Positions 22,969-36,487 of a DNA stretch of 64,000 nt are shown here, one piece after another; the first letter of the stretch is position 1; each line of letters opens with the position of its first letter. The notes under the pieces were generated by a model, which saw only the letters and a program-made list of their open reading frames with translations, had not been told where the DNA came from and did not search any database. Origin of the DNA: Penicillus capitatus (lineage: Eukaryota > Plantae > Chlorophyta); NCBI GenBank assembly GCA_965649825.1, contig OZ287702.1, positions 1,168,786-1,232,785 of the forward strand, given 5' to 3'. Both the position numbers and the translations under genes were made by a program.

Positions 22969-25436
22969 TTAGCAGCCTTCTCTCTTTCTCTTTAATACCA
23001 CAGAGGAAAGGGGTCCTGGATGATTTCCATTGTCACGTATCTGAGAACTGGCCTGCCATCTGGCTCCATTGTCGTAAGAATAGGGACGGGCAATGGTCGG
23101 TCGCAGGATATCGGATCTCAACTGTCCAGGATTCTGTGCAAGAAACGGCGGTCCATAAGGCATCTTAGGAATCTCGCCACCACCATTCGTGCTGCCTCCA
23201 GAATGGGGTGTGTTCCATTGGGCCTTTAATGTTGTTTGCCAAGACGGTAAGTGCACGAGCGTCGGGGTCAATCGATTCGGCATGGACTGAGGTCGGACAT
23301 TTCGGTAGTGTGTTGGATATCCTGATATTCCATTCAAGGCAGGCGTCACGTTACGGGCAGACTCTTGGTGTTGGTGTTGGTGTTGTTGCCCAAAAGAATG
23401 AACAGACCTTGCATAAGTCGAATCGGCAAATCTCTGTGCATAACCAGACGGAAAAGCAACGTTTCTCGATACTCCATTGACTTCGCTTCCCATGATCCCT
23501 TGCACCACAGCATCGGATCGAACAGAAGGATGCAGACGGTGCACCATAGGTCTCTGAGGAAGAACGATGCCATGACTGCGTCCAAGCTCATAAGATCGAG
23601 GCTGTTGAGGCATCATCTGTCGTCCTGACGCATTTGGAACGACAAGAGAACGGGGTGACACAACATACGCTCCAGAGAAATCTCGTGGCCGTGGTGGATA
23701 TCGCACAAAGTGCTGCAGAGCGGGATTCAGCATTGCCTGCGGGTCTGTCTGTAGTTCGCTCGTGTTCTGCAGTGGACGTGGCATCATAAGAGAGCTCAGA
23801 CACGTATTTGGTCGAACAGAACGCTGTTGTTGATGAAGCAACGGTTGTTGTTGTTGTTGTTGCTGCTGCAGGTAGTTCATCACAATGTTCGGTTGTTGCA
23901 CATATGCAGGTCGCTGTGCATCTTGAACCGGCAATCTTACATCGCGGATGCTGCTTCCAAGACCCTAAACGCATCATCCCACACTGCATGACGTCTCACA
24001 CCAAAAGTGTGATCTCACGCACTTCCAAGGGTCGTTGCTGCAGTCGGAGTCGAGCCATGAAATCATTTCTGTTCTGCAACATGGCTGCTCGTCGTTTTTT
24101 AGCTGTCTCTATGTGAATCTCAAACTGTGTTCTGTGGTGCATCGGTCGACGGAACTTTTCCCAGATAATAGACACAAGTTTTGTAATGTTCCTGGACGGT
24201 CGCACATTCTGGATGCGCTTCTTACGGGGACACTGTACAGAAGCGCCCAACGGCGTCAGTCCATCGTACTCTAATCCACGTTTTCTCCCCGTCAGCACGC
24301 GTCGCAGTCCCCTTTCGGCCAGTTCTCTGCGCTGATTACGTAATCGCATGCGTTCTTCTCTGCTGATACCTAAGTCAAAGTAATTCTGCCCTTCTTCCTG
24401 CCCGTCTTCATTTCGCAGATCGGTTATATCGGCGTCCCTTGTCTCTCGATGCTTTCCCCGTGTCTTCTCTTTGCGTTTGGCCTGTTCCTGCAGTCGTGAC
24501 GATCTCTTCAGCAAAGGAGCCTTTTCGCGCAGGGCTGCTCGATCTTCCATCTTCTTCCGATGCCGCTCTGTCCGTTCAAACTCTGGAAGAATTCCCACCA
24601 GGTATCGATGCAGCTTCTTCTCTGTGGGATGTTTGGTGCGCTTCATGTTGCCGATAAAGGACCGCAATTCCTCCAGCGTCGTCGTCAGCGTCGTCCATTG
24701 CGGCATCGATTCGTCGTCGTCGTCGTGAGATGTGCCTTCCCCCGTCAACAGTCGTGTCTGTTTATACAGTCGACAATCTTCATATCTCAAGGAGAAGAGA
24801 AAGAATCGATTGCCCTGGGAGTCTTCACCGACTGGCAGACATCGCACCGAATCTGCAGTGAGGCAAGGATCCTCGACCTATGCATTCGCAACGAGGCAGA
24901 GCTCCGCGTCAACATCATCATTTCCCAGACGACGGCCGAGAGACCTACCGTGTTCCGTATGGTATCGCGCAGTGTCGCGCTGTTCTGTAACGCAATCTCT
25001 GTCAGCAAATACAGTATCTCCAACTGGACAACAACGTCAAGCCCGTTGTCAAATGCGTTGCCCTCAATGACACGTCGCTTACTTTCTCCGTCGAGGAAAC
25101 TTCGACGAAATGCTGTTGGCGTTCGAGAGGGTTGTGGTTCATCGTCAGATGCCAATTGCCTTTCACTTTCTTGAGTAGGTTGGTTTCCCATGTGGGCCAC
25201 GTCTCAGGGTTCAGTGCGTTCTTTTTCCTTCCGGGGTAAAGTAGTCTTGAGATAAGTTCGGAGAGAAAAACGGAATGGTCGCCGGGATGAAGCAACGCCG
25301 CCTCAAATTTGTCGCTCGAAAACTGACGTAAGCTCAAGACGCCTTCAAAGACGCGACAGAAATGGACGACCGCTGGGAACTTCCAGTTAGACCGTAGCGA
25401 AGCCGCCACTTCTTCGACGTGCGATACGGTGTCCAT
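22969..25436 (-). CDS. DDT/WHIM-domain chromatin protein with Gln-rich C-terminal region, multi-exon
   Basis: DDT-like LRSNWKFPAVVHFCRVF, WHIM-like LEILYLLTEIAL and VGEDSQGNRFFLF...WTTLTTTLEEL. Joining to the poly-Q ORF 22969-23934 is inferred. Confidence 0.7.
23843..23870. repeat. GTT/GCT trinucleotide run encoding poly-Gln on the minus strand
   Basis: gttgttgttgttgttgttgctgctgc. Confidence 0.8.
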
Positions 25437-26280
25437 GAGACGACTGCAACGAAAAATCGAACAGAGACGGCGAATGGGGATCGAAAACAACGGCGCGGAT
25501 CGCCGAACGCATAAGACGATGATGTTTTAGCAGTATCGTATCGCGAGGAAACGACGGACGCAGTTCAATGGTGAGTGGTCAACGTCGTCGCGTCGCCATC
25601 ATGAAGACCATTCGACTGATGAAGAATGAAAGCGCTGATATTACGTAGAGGCCGCGGGGCAAACGCGGTCGCGGATAATGCATCAAAGATGGAGAGGTGC
25701 ATACTGAGGGTCACTCTGAGGTGTCGACGGGAATTCTGTGATCTCCTATGCAGATGAACGGGCTACAGAATGGAAATCATTTGCTATGATGCCAGATGGG
25801 GAATGATTGACAGCTCAGTCAGCTAGTTGCTATGGCAAGAAGAGGATGATTTTGGTGGGTCTGTGTGATGGGGCATTGGAATTGGATGGATTCACGGATG
25901 ATCGTTGCGACAGACCTGACAGAAGGGACATGTGCTCTCCCAGTCTGCATTTAACATAGAGGTGAGATCTTTACAGTCTTCTTCGTTCTTTGCACAGACA
26001 TTCCAGGATTTTTATTTCTTATAGATGGTGATGTTATGCACGATTGTTGCAGGCATACAAAGGGATCATACGATTGAAAGAAAGGAATGTCAGTTGTCCT
26101 CAATCCGTTACAAAACTTACACTAGAGGCATACTTGAAGAGCATCTTCCGATGCTTTTTTTGAAAACAGCAATAGGTCAAGTCACAAGAAGGTCAGAATG
26201 CAATGGAGAACATTAATACGTCTACCCACTGAACTACAGACAGGTTTGAAGAACTGAAGAGTCGCAAACAGAAAGAGAGA

Positions 26281-29200
26281 TCAGGACTCGATGGGGATGT
26301 CACACGCCTCTCCTGCGAAGCCAGTGAAGCACAGACACACGCCGTCCTTCAGGTTGCACACACCGCCTCCGTTGCAGTCCCCTGGACACGCCACTGGTGC
26401 ATCGGCTGGCGGCACGAACTCGGACTCGCAGCCCACGCCCGAGCACACTTTCAAGGTGCCGGCGCTGCTGAGTCCCATGACCTCTGGCTGGTCGCTGGCG
26501 AAGACGCGAGTGGGAGGCAGAGTGAAGTTGCCAACCGTGGTGGCCACGGCTCTCAGACTGACGCTGGTTGTTCCCGGACGGACCCTGTCGAAGGTGAAGG
26601 TCACGACCTGAGGCCTGGTCTCCTGCTGCGGACAGTTGAAGAAGAAGGAGCGGAAGAGACTGAAGAAGGGAACGGGGCAGAAGCCGCCTCCTGCGATGTT
26701 GGGATCCACGGGTTCCAGTCCGGCTGGCATCTGGACGCGGACGACCGTCTGTCCGAGCGCATCCGGCGTGAGGAACTGGACCTTGATCGAGACGACCGTT
26801 CCTCGGGGGACGACGGAGAGACCAGGCCCATCTCCCTCCTCGGCGTCCTCCAGCTGGATGCTTCTCTCCACGAAGATGCCTCTGTAGGTCGGGAACGGCA
26901 GGAGCTCGGACGGAACGAAGTTGAGGGTGATCGCGACGCTGGCCTCGCCGTCGCCCACGGCCGACACCTCGATCGGCTCAGGCGCTTCTGGGAGTGCCTC
27001 CCATGGCACTCGGGAGGAGGCGACCGGCGCGGAGGCGTTGTTGAAGGAGGCCTCTAGCAGGGCCACGTTTCCGGAGACGGCCTCGAAGTCGAGGTTTGGC
27101 TGTGCGCTGCCGCGGGAGACGTCGAACTCGACGAGCGCCTGCATCGTGATCAGTCGCGTGTAGGCGCTGAAGAGCCGGAACCTGAAGGCGTCGGAGGCGG
27201 GACTGGCGATGTAGTCGCCCAGCCTCGGCAGCAGCTGTCCGTTGGTTCCGGCCCTGACTTGGGCGAGGAACACGAGCGCGTTCGCCAGGTCGCTTGCCGG
27301 AGCCGTGGCTCCGGGGAAAAGGGACACGTAGGCGGTCCTGCCGGTGATCCGGAGCAGATCCGTCCACGTCTGGATGGCCAGAGCGACGTCCGGATTGGAC
27401 GCGCCTTCGGGCTCCTCCAGTCTGGCGAGGACGTAGTACGCCTGGCTCTCGATCGAGAGGTTGGCGAACTCTCGGCTGAGGCGCTCCAGCGAGAGATCGT
27501 CGACGATGACGGCGTCGCCCGTCTCGGGCTGCCAGTCGGGACCGAGGGCGGCTCGACCGAGTGCCACGGTGGAGAGGGACAGGGGTCCTGGGATCGCTGC
27601 CCTGCGGGCCTCGATGGCGAGGTCTTCAAGCACCGAGCCCGCAACGGACCTCCAGATGTTCCTGGCCTTTAAGAGGCTTCCTGAGCGGGACTGGACTTGC
27701 GACAGTGTGTGGCCGGCGAGCTGTTCCTCGACCTGGTTCAGCAGGAAAAGACCTCTGGCGTTCTGGAAGAACGATGTGTCGTTTCTTGTAGTATTATATT
27801 CTGGACACGGCAGGAAGGGTCGCAGTCCTGCTCTTCTGCTTGTGAGGCCGCCTCCGCGACTCAGCAGGTCGACGGCAGGGTCGAATCTCTCCAGGACCAG
27901 TCCGAACAGGGAGGCGAGCTCCTCGCCCACCACATCAGGCGACGGGTTCCACGGGTTGTAGGGATTGATGATTCCCGGAATTGTCGCCGCCGCCAGAGCG
28001 AAGTCGGCGTCCACGGGACACTCGAAGGGTCTGGGTACGCGGAGGATCTGTTCGGCCACGGCCAGGACGGCTGGTTGGCGGCCCACTCCGGCGGTGATCA
28101 GGATCTCCCCGCTTCCGCGGACGGCGTCGGGCAGATCGATGCCCTCTACAAAGGTCTGCGTGTCCTGACCCTGGACCGTGAATGAGGTTCCGACTGTCAC
28201 TGCTTCCTGCAGTCCCTCGATCTCGATCTCCAGCTGCAGAGCGTCGCTGTTGCCCAGGCCATCGTCGGCGGTCAGGGTGAAGTTGGCCGCTCCGACGGAG
28301 AGGGCTCTCAGTGTGAAGCGCGCTTCCTCTTGGCCATCGGCGCCGACATCGACGATCATGACCTTGCTGCCAATGAACTCCAGAGGACTATCCACGTCGG
28401 CAGTCAGGGAGACGGAAGCACTAGCGGAGCCGGAGACCGTCACCACGGCTCCTGCCTCGAAGACGTCGCCGGTGCGCACAAAACGGGGAACAGATGGTGT
28501 CAAGGAAACCTGTCTCTTCACGATGATCTCGGATTCGGCACTGCCAAAGATGCCACTGGCAGAGACAGCGTACGCTCGGACGACAAAGGTGCCTAGATTG
28601 GAAGGAGCAGTGAAAGTGGCCGTAAGAGTTCCATCCTCTGTCACAATGGTCTTGAAGAGTGGAGTGCTCACGAAGTCGGATTTCAATCGGAGAATGTCTC
28701 CTGGAGCGGAATCGTCGACTAACTCGGATCCTAGAAACATGTCACAAAAGCTACATCCAATGTGCATTACGAACAGGTGACGACACCTGGTGGATCTCGA
28801 TGAGTCCTATCTGGAAACACAGCAAGCAGTTGTTCTCCTCCGCCGATTGAATCGAAATAGCAAACTCACCAATGTATGGGTAGAATCTGGTTGTGATGAA
28901 TCTGCTCTTATAGTCGATATACTCTTCTTCCGTATGGTCGATTCTGTGTCGATCGGCTAGGAAAAACCAGGGATCCAGGCGACTGCGGTTGATAAAGTCG
29001 TCAATCAGCACTTGCAGTACAGTGGGAGTGCCAATAAATCGACTCATCGACGCCTCCCAAATGGAAACGGACAGATCCGAACGGAAAAAGGATGGAAGAT
29101 CCACACGATCCAAAAGGAAACTAAATGAGATGTCGCCAAAAAAGGGAGGTACGAGATCAAGAATGGCTCTGTTGACGGCAATCAGCGTCACTTCTGCGCG

Positions 29201-32200
29201 CGTTGTGGTGTCGAGCTGCACTTCAATCGTTGTGTTGTCGCCAGAATTCATGACAGTCACTCCTGCATCCTCAACCGCCTCTGGAAAAGTGATGGTCACG
29301 TTCAGCTCTCTGGGAACGCTGGAAACAACTGTGATGTGGCCGTTGTACATTTCTGTGTGTGGAAGAGCCAGATCGAACAGTCTCGAAATGGGAACTGGTT
29401 CTTCTGTCGCCAATCCCTCTGTCTGCCTCGGCACTGCTATCACGATCGACAGTCCGCAGTCGAACTCACAGAACTCATCGACGTCGATGCTGATGACGGA
29501 TCGACCGGAGTCTACAGGCATCACCTTCTGCTTGATGCCTTCCACTGTTCCCCACGAGACGAGAGCATAACAGCCATCGAAAGGATTCTCCACCAGGATC
29601 CGCTTTTCTAATCCCAGATCCAGTTCCCCTTCTGCGAGGTCAGTGAAGCCAATGGGCAAGTGGGAGGAAAGGGGACTCTCATCCCAGCTTTCCTGTGTTC
29701 TTCCGAGGAAAATGCGTTCGCAGACCATTGCATCTCCCAAAGGTGCGCAGGCTTCGATGGCGAACAGTCCAATCGACGGCAGGACAAAATCGCAGTAGTC
29801 TTCTGAGCCTGCATCCAAGCGCCTTAGTGAATGGAAGCGTGGAGACAAGGAGTCAATTACCTATCTCAAATTCACAACTAGTGATGCTTGTGCCATTCAG
29901 AGGCCGATCGCTCGTCCGCAAGAAACGACTGTGGTCATCTGGTAACTGGATCAGTTTAATCGTGACAGTTTCGAGTTGATTGTCTCCCTCGAGAGGTCGC
30001 CCTTCAAGGTCAGCAGCTTTAATTGCCACTCCGAATGTTTGACCAGGAATGTTTGTCTCCACCGTCCTACTCAGTGACAGACGGAGATCTGCTGCCTCGA
30101 TGGGGACACGATACGACTGTTCGATCAGCTCACTGGTCGGTCCGACGAGTTGAAGATCGATATCGACCCTCGACCCGACGTTAGGAAGAGGTTCAATCTG
30201 GGAGAGATTGATCACGGCAGTGCCGTTCCCACTGTTGTCGGTCGTGATTGTCAGCTCCCCCTCTGCTGGTTCCTCTTCGTCGTCTCGGTAGTAGTCTTCG
30301 AGCAGCCATTTCACTGCGATCTCGGATCCGCCCATCGCCAATCCAATGAAGGACTCCACGTTCACTTGAATCTCGATATCTCCAGCTGGCGTGACGAAGA
30401 AAGGGATGTCCACAGTGAGCTCGACTGTCGGTAGACGCGGATCGCCAACAATGAAGCCAACTGTGTTGCCGGTGAAACGTTTGCGTGCTAAGAATCTGAC
30501 CCTGTAGTCCCGCGGTTCAGCCTCAGGAGGGATCGGAATCTCTGCTTCGTAGCTGCCGAATTCAGGATCGATAGTGACAGGGAAATCGCTGTTTTCGGCC
30601 AAAGGAGGTGAAACCCTCAACCTTGTCGAAGAGAGGCCACTGGCGGGTGTGAGTTCTCTCCATTTCCTTTGCCAGACATATCCTATAGCATTTTACTAAG
30701 TAAACAAGTACGTGACCAATGTCGTTCGCCTACCCTTGACGTAAAGCACCTCACCGGGGTGGGCCAATGCCCGGTCCAGAACGATCTTGTCAACGAAAGT
30801 CGAGCTTGCGGCTCTTTCGATGTCCACATATGGAACGTAGACAAAGTTCTGTCCGATTTGCACGACTGCCACGAGGTTATCCGGAAAAGTTGTGATTCCT
30901 TGCAACAGAGCGATGCCTCTGACATCCGTCTTGCCTTCTGCCAAAAGTACCGCATCGGTCAGCTACATGACAGAAGTGATTCTAGTAATGAATCTTCTTG
31001 GGATGGATGCTTACAAGTTGCTGCCCTCCAAACAAGAACACCGTGGCGTTGGAAACGGGTTCTCCAGTTTCCATTGAGGTCACCCAAACTGCTACCTCCT
31101 GTTCTGCCGACAACTGTCTGTATGTCACAACGGTAACTTGGATCGTCGTTTCCAGGAAAATTTCTGCCCGGAAGACATCCTCCTCGAAGCTGAGCCAAAA
31201 CCTGTTATGCAGCACAGGCATTACGAAGAATCGGAATTGTGAGACAATGACCTGCAGAGTTCAGACACCATGACTCCAGCAGGATCCAGCACGGAGGAGA
31301 CATCCCGTTCCTGCAGCACGGCACCTGATATCCTCGAGCCGACCAGCTGATCATCTAATCGACAATCAAGATTAGACAGTACATATCTTCAGTACAAAAT
31401 CACCTGGAGGTCCAAGGTAGCGCCTGTAAGATTCCCGAGTCCCGCCACCTATGACAGGAAGAGCTTCTGCTGGCGATGTGATGGACCAGATGTCGACGAC
31501 GCTGCCGGTTGAGCAGACCTCATTGTCATCACTGTCCAGTCCTTTCGATAAGGAAAAGATCTTTCTGCCCCAGTCCTGGGATGACTCGAAAACAACGTAT
31601 CTGGGGAGAATGTAAGATATATGTGTTATGAAATTTGGATTCAAGTCCGATGTTTCGAATTCGAGGCTGGAAGCTTCAAGAGGAAGACCAAAGCCATCCA
31701 CCACTCTGTTAGATGCCCCAACTGATATCCTGAATACCATTTAATGCACAGGACGCTCCGAACGAAGACAGGTACTCACGTGTATCTCTTACTTGGACCG
31801 ATCGCCGTTCTCAGACGCAGCACTGTCTTTTTCTCCTGTGTTAGATTAAAGAACACCTGCGCGCATTCCTTCGACTCGTCAGTAGTCGAAGGGAATTGAC
31901 TCACTCTCTGGTTACTGTTGTCAACAAGTGTGATTGGAATGTCGGCGATGTCGGTTCCGTCTGCCAGGCCGTGTGGAATGTACAGGTCCAGGAAGGGCGC
32001 GAAAATACTGTCCGTATCGTCCGAGTCTTCGGAAAACGGAACGACAAATCGACGCAGTCCTCCAAATGTCACTCTTAAATCGGCTCCCAGCTGTCCAGAG
32101 GCATTCCCATAGTCCACTCCTGCTCCAAGGAACAGGGCATACCTGAAACAGATGAGCTCAGCAATAGCGCTTTCTTCAGAAAGAGCGAGTATACTCGATT

Positions 32201-33199
32201 CCCATTTGAAGATCGCCATTCAGAGTGACATTTGCGCATTGGGCTTCTCCGTTCACTGGAGCTCTCCTTCTCAGGCAAGGATCCACCACCACACCGATGT
32301 CTGTTCCATGTCCGCCGTCTGCCACAATCACCTACGGGAAACAACGTCCAGTCTCCGTTTGAGCGAAAGGTAAAGGGAGGCACCTCAAGTTCTTCCTGCA
32401 GAACGGAGAGAGAGACTGGGGCGTTGAACGACAGTTGTATGACGCCTAGAATCGCAACGCTTGAGCAAAGACCCATCTGGCAAACGGTGATTCAGACCGT
32501 CCGGTGGCACTTCCGGCAAGATGTCCGTTCGCAGACCATTGAAGGGTGACCAGGCTGTGTCTGTCGCTTCATTGGCCGATTCACTCCTCACGTTCGCGAT
32601 TTCCATTGTGAGTCCAGGCGTGGTCAGGATCACAGATTGAGGAATGTCCAGTGTCAATGGTACCCCTGTGCGGACAGAACCATCCAACCGAGACTGGGTG
32701 GATGAGAGCCACACCGTCGTAGGTTCGGAGTTGCAGATTCCATTTGAAGTTGAGGAGAAGGTCCGTCGCGAATGGTCCGTGTGGATCGAATCGGTAAATC
32801 GATGTCGTCGCCCACCTCGAGCGACCCGGAACTGGAGGGTCGAGTGTAAACGGAACCTGTCACATCAAAATCACACTCCTCAAATCCCGACTGTGGCTTA
32901 CCATCTCTGGAGGCAGTGTCTCAAATACGAAATCCGAACCGAGAGCAATGACAGGACGACTGAACACCACCTGCGAAGCGTCCTCCGTCACGAGGCACAC
33001 CATAATCCTCGCTTACCGTAAGGGCTTGCTGTCCTTGAATCTCCACCGTCTCTTCTCTTGTTATTGCTGTAGGTGTGGTCGTCACGACTTCGAGCGGAAT
33101 CTCGTCCGCCAGGAATCCGGCTGATGTTGTTTCTGTCGCGGGCGGTTGGCCTGCAGCTGCCCAAAGGAGCACCGCATAACATATTGCTTTTATCCACAT
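26281..33199 (-). CDS. Secreted alpha-2-macroglobulin-like protein of bacterial type with C-terminal EGF-like domain, multi-exon
   Basis: Signal peptide MWIKAICYAVLLWAAAG; MG-type motifs AVWVTSMETGEPVSNATV and DRALAHPGEVLYVKG; TAPSNLGTFVVRAYA...PSVPRFVRTGD; C-terminal TFDRVRPGT...VATTVGNFTLPPTRV...PEVMGLS; CPGDCNGGGVCN...CLCFTGFAGEAC. Confidence 0.8.
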
Positions 33200-33359
33200 T
33201 TTCACCAAAAGGCGAGGAAAACAGAAGTGAAAGGTGTTCGTTCCTTCGTGGATTTAGTTTCAGTCCGACTGTGAAAACGTGTGAACTTTTTAAAACAGCG
33301 CAGAATACGTGGCTGAAAATGAAGAGGAATATTTAGATAAAACGCCGCATCATAACCGT

Positions 33360-34390
33360 TGTCAGTGGACAGCTGTCCACCTTCGTGCAGCTGACCACGG
33401 AGACGCGTATGTACGTCTACGCGTATAAATTCCGAACAATTATCGATACAACAGTCTTTGTTAAACGATACGCCTTCGTCGTTAGCGCGTTTCGGCAACA
33501 AACACGACATCGTTCGCTCGCTAACCACAAACCGTGCAAATTTCTTAATCGACGCACCACAGATCAAACCACTCGCTTTCGACGGATTATCTCGAAATAT
33601 GGTTCGGCGCTTCGAGCATTTAAAGTTCAGATCAGCGGAGAACGGCACTCTTTTAACTTCGTGTTTTGAAGTACTATGCAGCAGAATGTTACGGACATCA
33701 AAAATACAAGCAAAGGTTACGTACAGATCGTTACGGATTCTAAAGTTAGCAAACCTGCTTCTTAATCAAGTGCACAATAGTAAGACTACTGATGTGATGT
33801 CTTTAAAGAGCTAAAGTAAATCTTCTCTAGCTCTGCAGACCATGAGTCTGATAGAATATGAACTGTGGAGTCTACACTTCATGGTTTCTAATCCCTCCTT
33901 TACACTTATGCAAAACAGCGGAGGGGAATAGAAAGCCTTCTATCTTAATCTTAGCTTTTTAGTCACTGTTCTTTTACCTTCTAGCGCTTTCAAACACCCT
34001 AAAGCCCCCTGTGCCGACGTCGCATTGCTGTGCGCAACTTCCTTTCTTGTGAAAGTGATTCTAGGCGAAGGACTCTCATTAAAACTCAGTGTGATACCCT
34101 TGCAATAGATGAGAACAAAAAATCTTTGCAAACTAAAAGTGAGATAACACTGAATCAAGAAGTCCGGAACCCGCAAATCGCTTTGTCTCAAACTACCGAT
34201 TCATTGTGCATACGCGTTTGGACTACTGTGAAGAGGCTGTCGCACTGTCGATAAACGACGCTGTCAACGACGAAGGCAGATCGCTTTAAAGACTGTTCAA
34301 TCATTGTTAGTCCGGATTTTATAAACGTAGGCGTCACATCTACGCATCCCCTTGGTCAACTGCACGACGGTGGACAGCTGTCCACTGACA
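33360..34390. mobile_element. Non-autonomous DNA transposon / MITE-like element with ~120 bp imperfect terminal inverted repeats
   Basis: Left end tgtcagtggacagctgtccaccttcgtgcagctgacc...tataaattccg...aacagtcttt...gccttcgtcgtt matches the reverse complement of the right end. No transposase ORF inside. TSD not identified; ends uncertain by ~10 bp. Confidence 0.75.
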
Positions 34391-36487
34391 GGGGCATGAT
34401 GGAGAGATGGACTTATTAGAATTATTATCATTGATCAAATAGGTTGTTAAAAGTCAAACTGTAGCACTCGTGTCTGTGCCTTTTGACCAACTTCGTTCTC
34501 CCTGTGACATTTGAAAACAACGCCTCGCTACTCTTTTAGTTTTGATTTCTGCCGCGAGACGAGATCTATGGCTAAATAAGAAGTCGAACAGTATTGTTTG
34601 GCAAGAATTTAAACAAATAGTTTGTCTCACTCGCATTGTTTACTTTTCCTAAAGTTGCACGCTTCTTATGAAAGTGCTCATTCTCAAAATTAATTGTTGT
34701 TGCGGACGATTGACCGTACCCGGTTGCATATGTTCCAGATCCCTCTTAATAGCGAAGAATTGAATTTTCATTTGCGTACTATCCGTAGCCAACAAAACGC
34801 ATTGGCCTTTTTTAAGCATCACGAAACCGACATCCTTATGCATTGTTTAATTGCGAGTTCTCATTCTGGGAAAACTTCTTAATAGATCCAACAACGTCTT
34901 CGAGGCAACATCTTAGTCGCTTATCGTTGGCGTTTCCACAGAGGATTTTGCCTCTAGCCAACCTAGACGTGGAATGTCTACAACGCAAGCATTCTAAATG
35001 TTATCCTATCGACACATCTACAATAAAATGTAAGAGAGACGGCAAGTTTCGAATTCTTGCCAGAGTCCACAGTACCAATGGCAAATGCAGTGGAGGAGAT
35101 ACGTAACCCTCCAACGGCAGATGAAAACGGCAGAGTATCTTACTTCATCAAGCGGTCTTTAAGCTGCGTCAAGCCTTTCTAATGGTATCGGCGTTATCAC
35201 TTGGTTCATGGCCGTTTTGTATCCTAAACCGAGTAACCGTCGGTATAGGCCCTAACCAATAATGCTCCAAAAGAAAGACATTTTTGGGATTGTGTGAACG
35301 ATACGAAAAAAGTCAGAGTTAAACACGCGTCGACGTCGATGGAAACGCACTCAACGATAGAGTCAAAAACACGAGATATTCTTACACGAATTCTCTTCCT
35401 CAAACACCCAGTATGGTCAAGGTTTCCTATTCTTCACTTTTGATAGTCAGAAAATAGAGGGCGAGTTTGCCTGCAATTTCCCTACCCCTATGCGGAAGTT
35501 GCGCAAAAGCTATTCACCTGTCGCTCTCCATGATTTGGAGGCGCCTTGGTGGATATTGCTTCTGCAATAGTTCTCGAAGGTTACTTGCTAGCAGTTAGGT
35601 TGTCAACCTCCCATACACATCCTATCGCGCTTCTCGTACCTTTTGTTTGCAGTGACGTATCAAGTGACTTTGGACCACGATCGTATATAACATGCTTTCA
35701 AACGACTTAAAATGGTGAAAGCACTTTCTTCGAAATACCCACATTAATGAACATTTTCGTATTGGAGTCTTTTCATTATCCATCACACGATATTCTGATA
35801 CGTCGGCTTAACTGAGAGTATTTCACTTCAATGTTTGTTTATATGTATTTCTCTCCCATACACAGAAGCCTCATTTGCAACACATCGATCTTTTCTTAAA
35901 GTGCTCTCCGATTTGTTCAACAGAATGCGAGAAAGACCAGTCGAAAGACCAGTCTACCGACCATTGATGCTTCGAGATCTAAACAAGTAGTAGAATCCAT
36001 TAGGAATATCGCCCTCGTCTCCGAGTAGAAAAAAAAACATCCTAACCAACGCAGTGGCTGCTTGGCCAATAGAAGCCATTTTGCCTGTCAGGTATAAACG
36101 CAGAAAGGATGTATTACGCCGCTAGAACAACAGATCTTCTTCTCCATTAGGTTAAAAGCCTCATTTCTTTATCAGTCCTTCATCGGAATTAGGTCATTAG
36201 TCCAAAGCTCATTTCCATGAGTGCTGCCGAGGACAGAAGAGTGCACAGCATATCAGTCATACGTAGAACTAAACTCAACTGCCTGTCACTTCCATTTCCG
36301 TCATGGCAACGCGAGAGTAAGAGTGTAGTCAATGAGGGCCCGCGGTACGAAAGCTCTCTCAGCGTCTTAGAATTAGCATCTGTGATAACAGAGAATGAGC
36401 GAGTCGACGTCACATCAAATTGCCGCGCGCTTTTAGAGGTAGGCATCTATTCACTAGTTCGAGTTATTTGGATTTCGTTTTGCGTAC

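Noticed and set aside
26291-28850. Multiple + strand and alternative-frame ORFs over the A2M-like terminal exon
   Set aside because: GC-rich antisense shadows of a well-supported coding exon.
15660-35966. Short 11-12 bp doublets (aaagttcgcag x2 near 15665; gaaagaccagtc x2 near 35935)
   Set aside because: Only two copies each; consistent with ordinary slippage.
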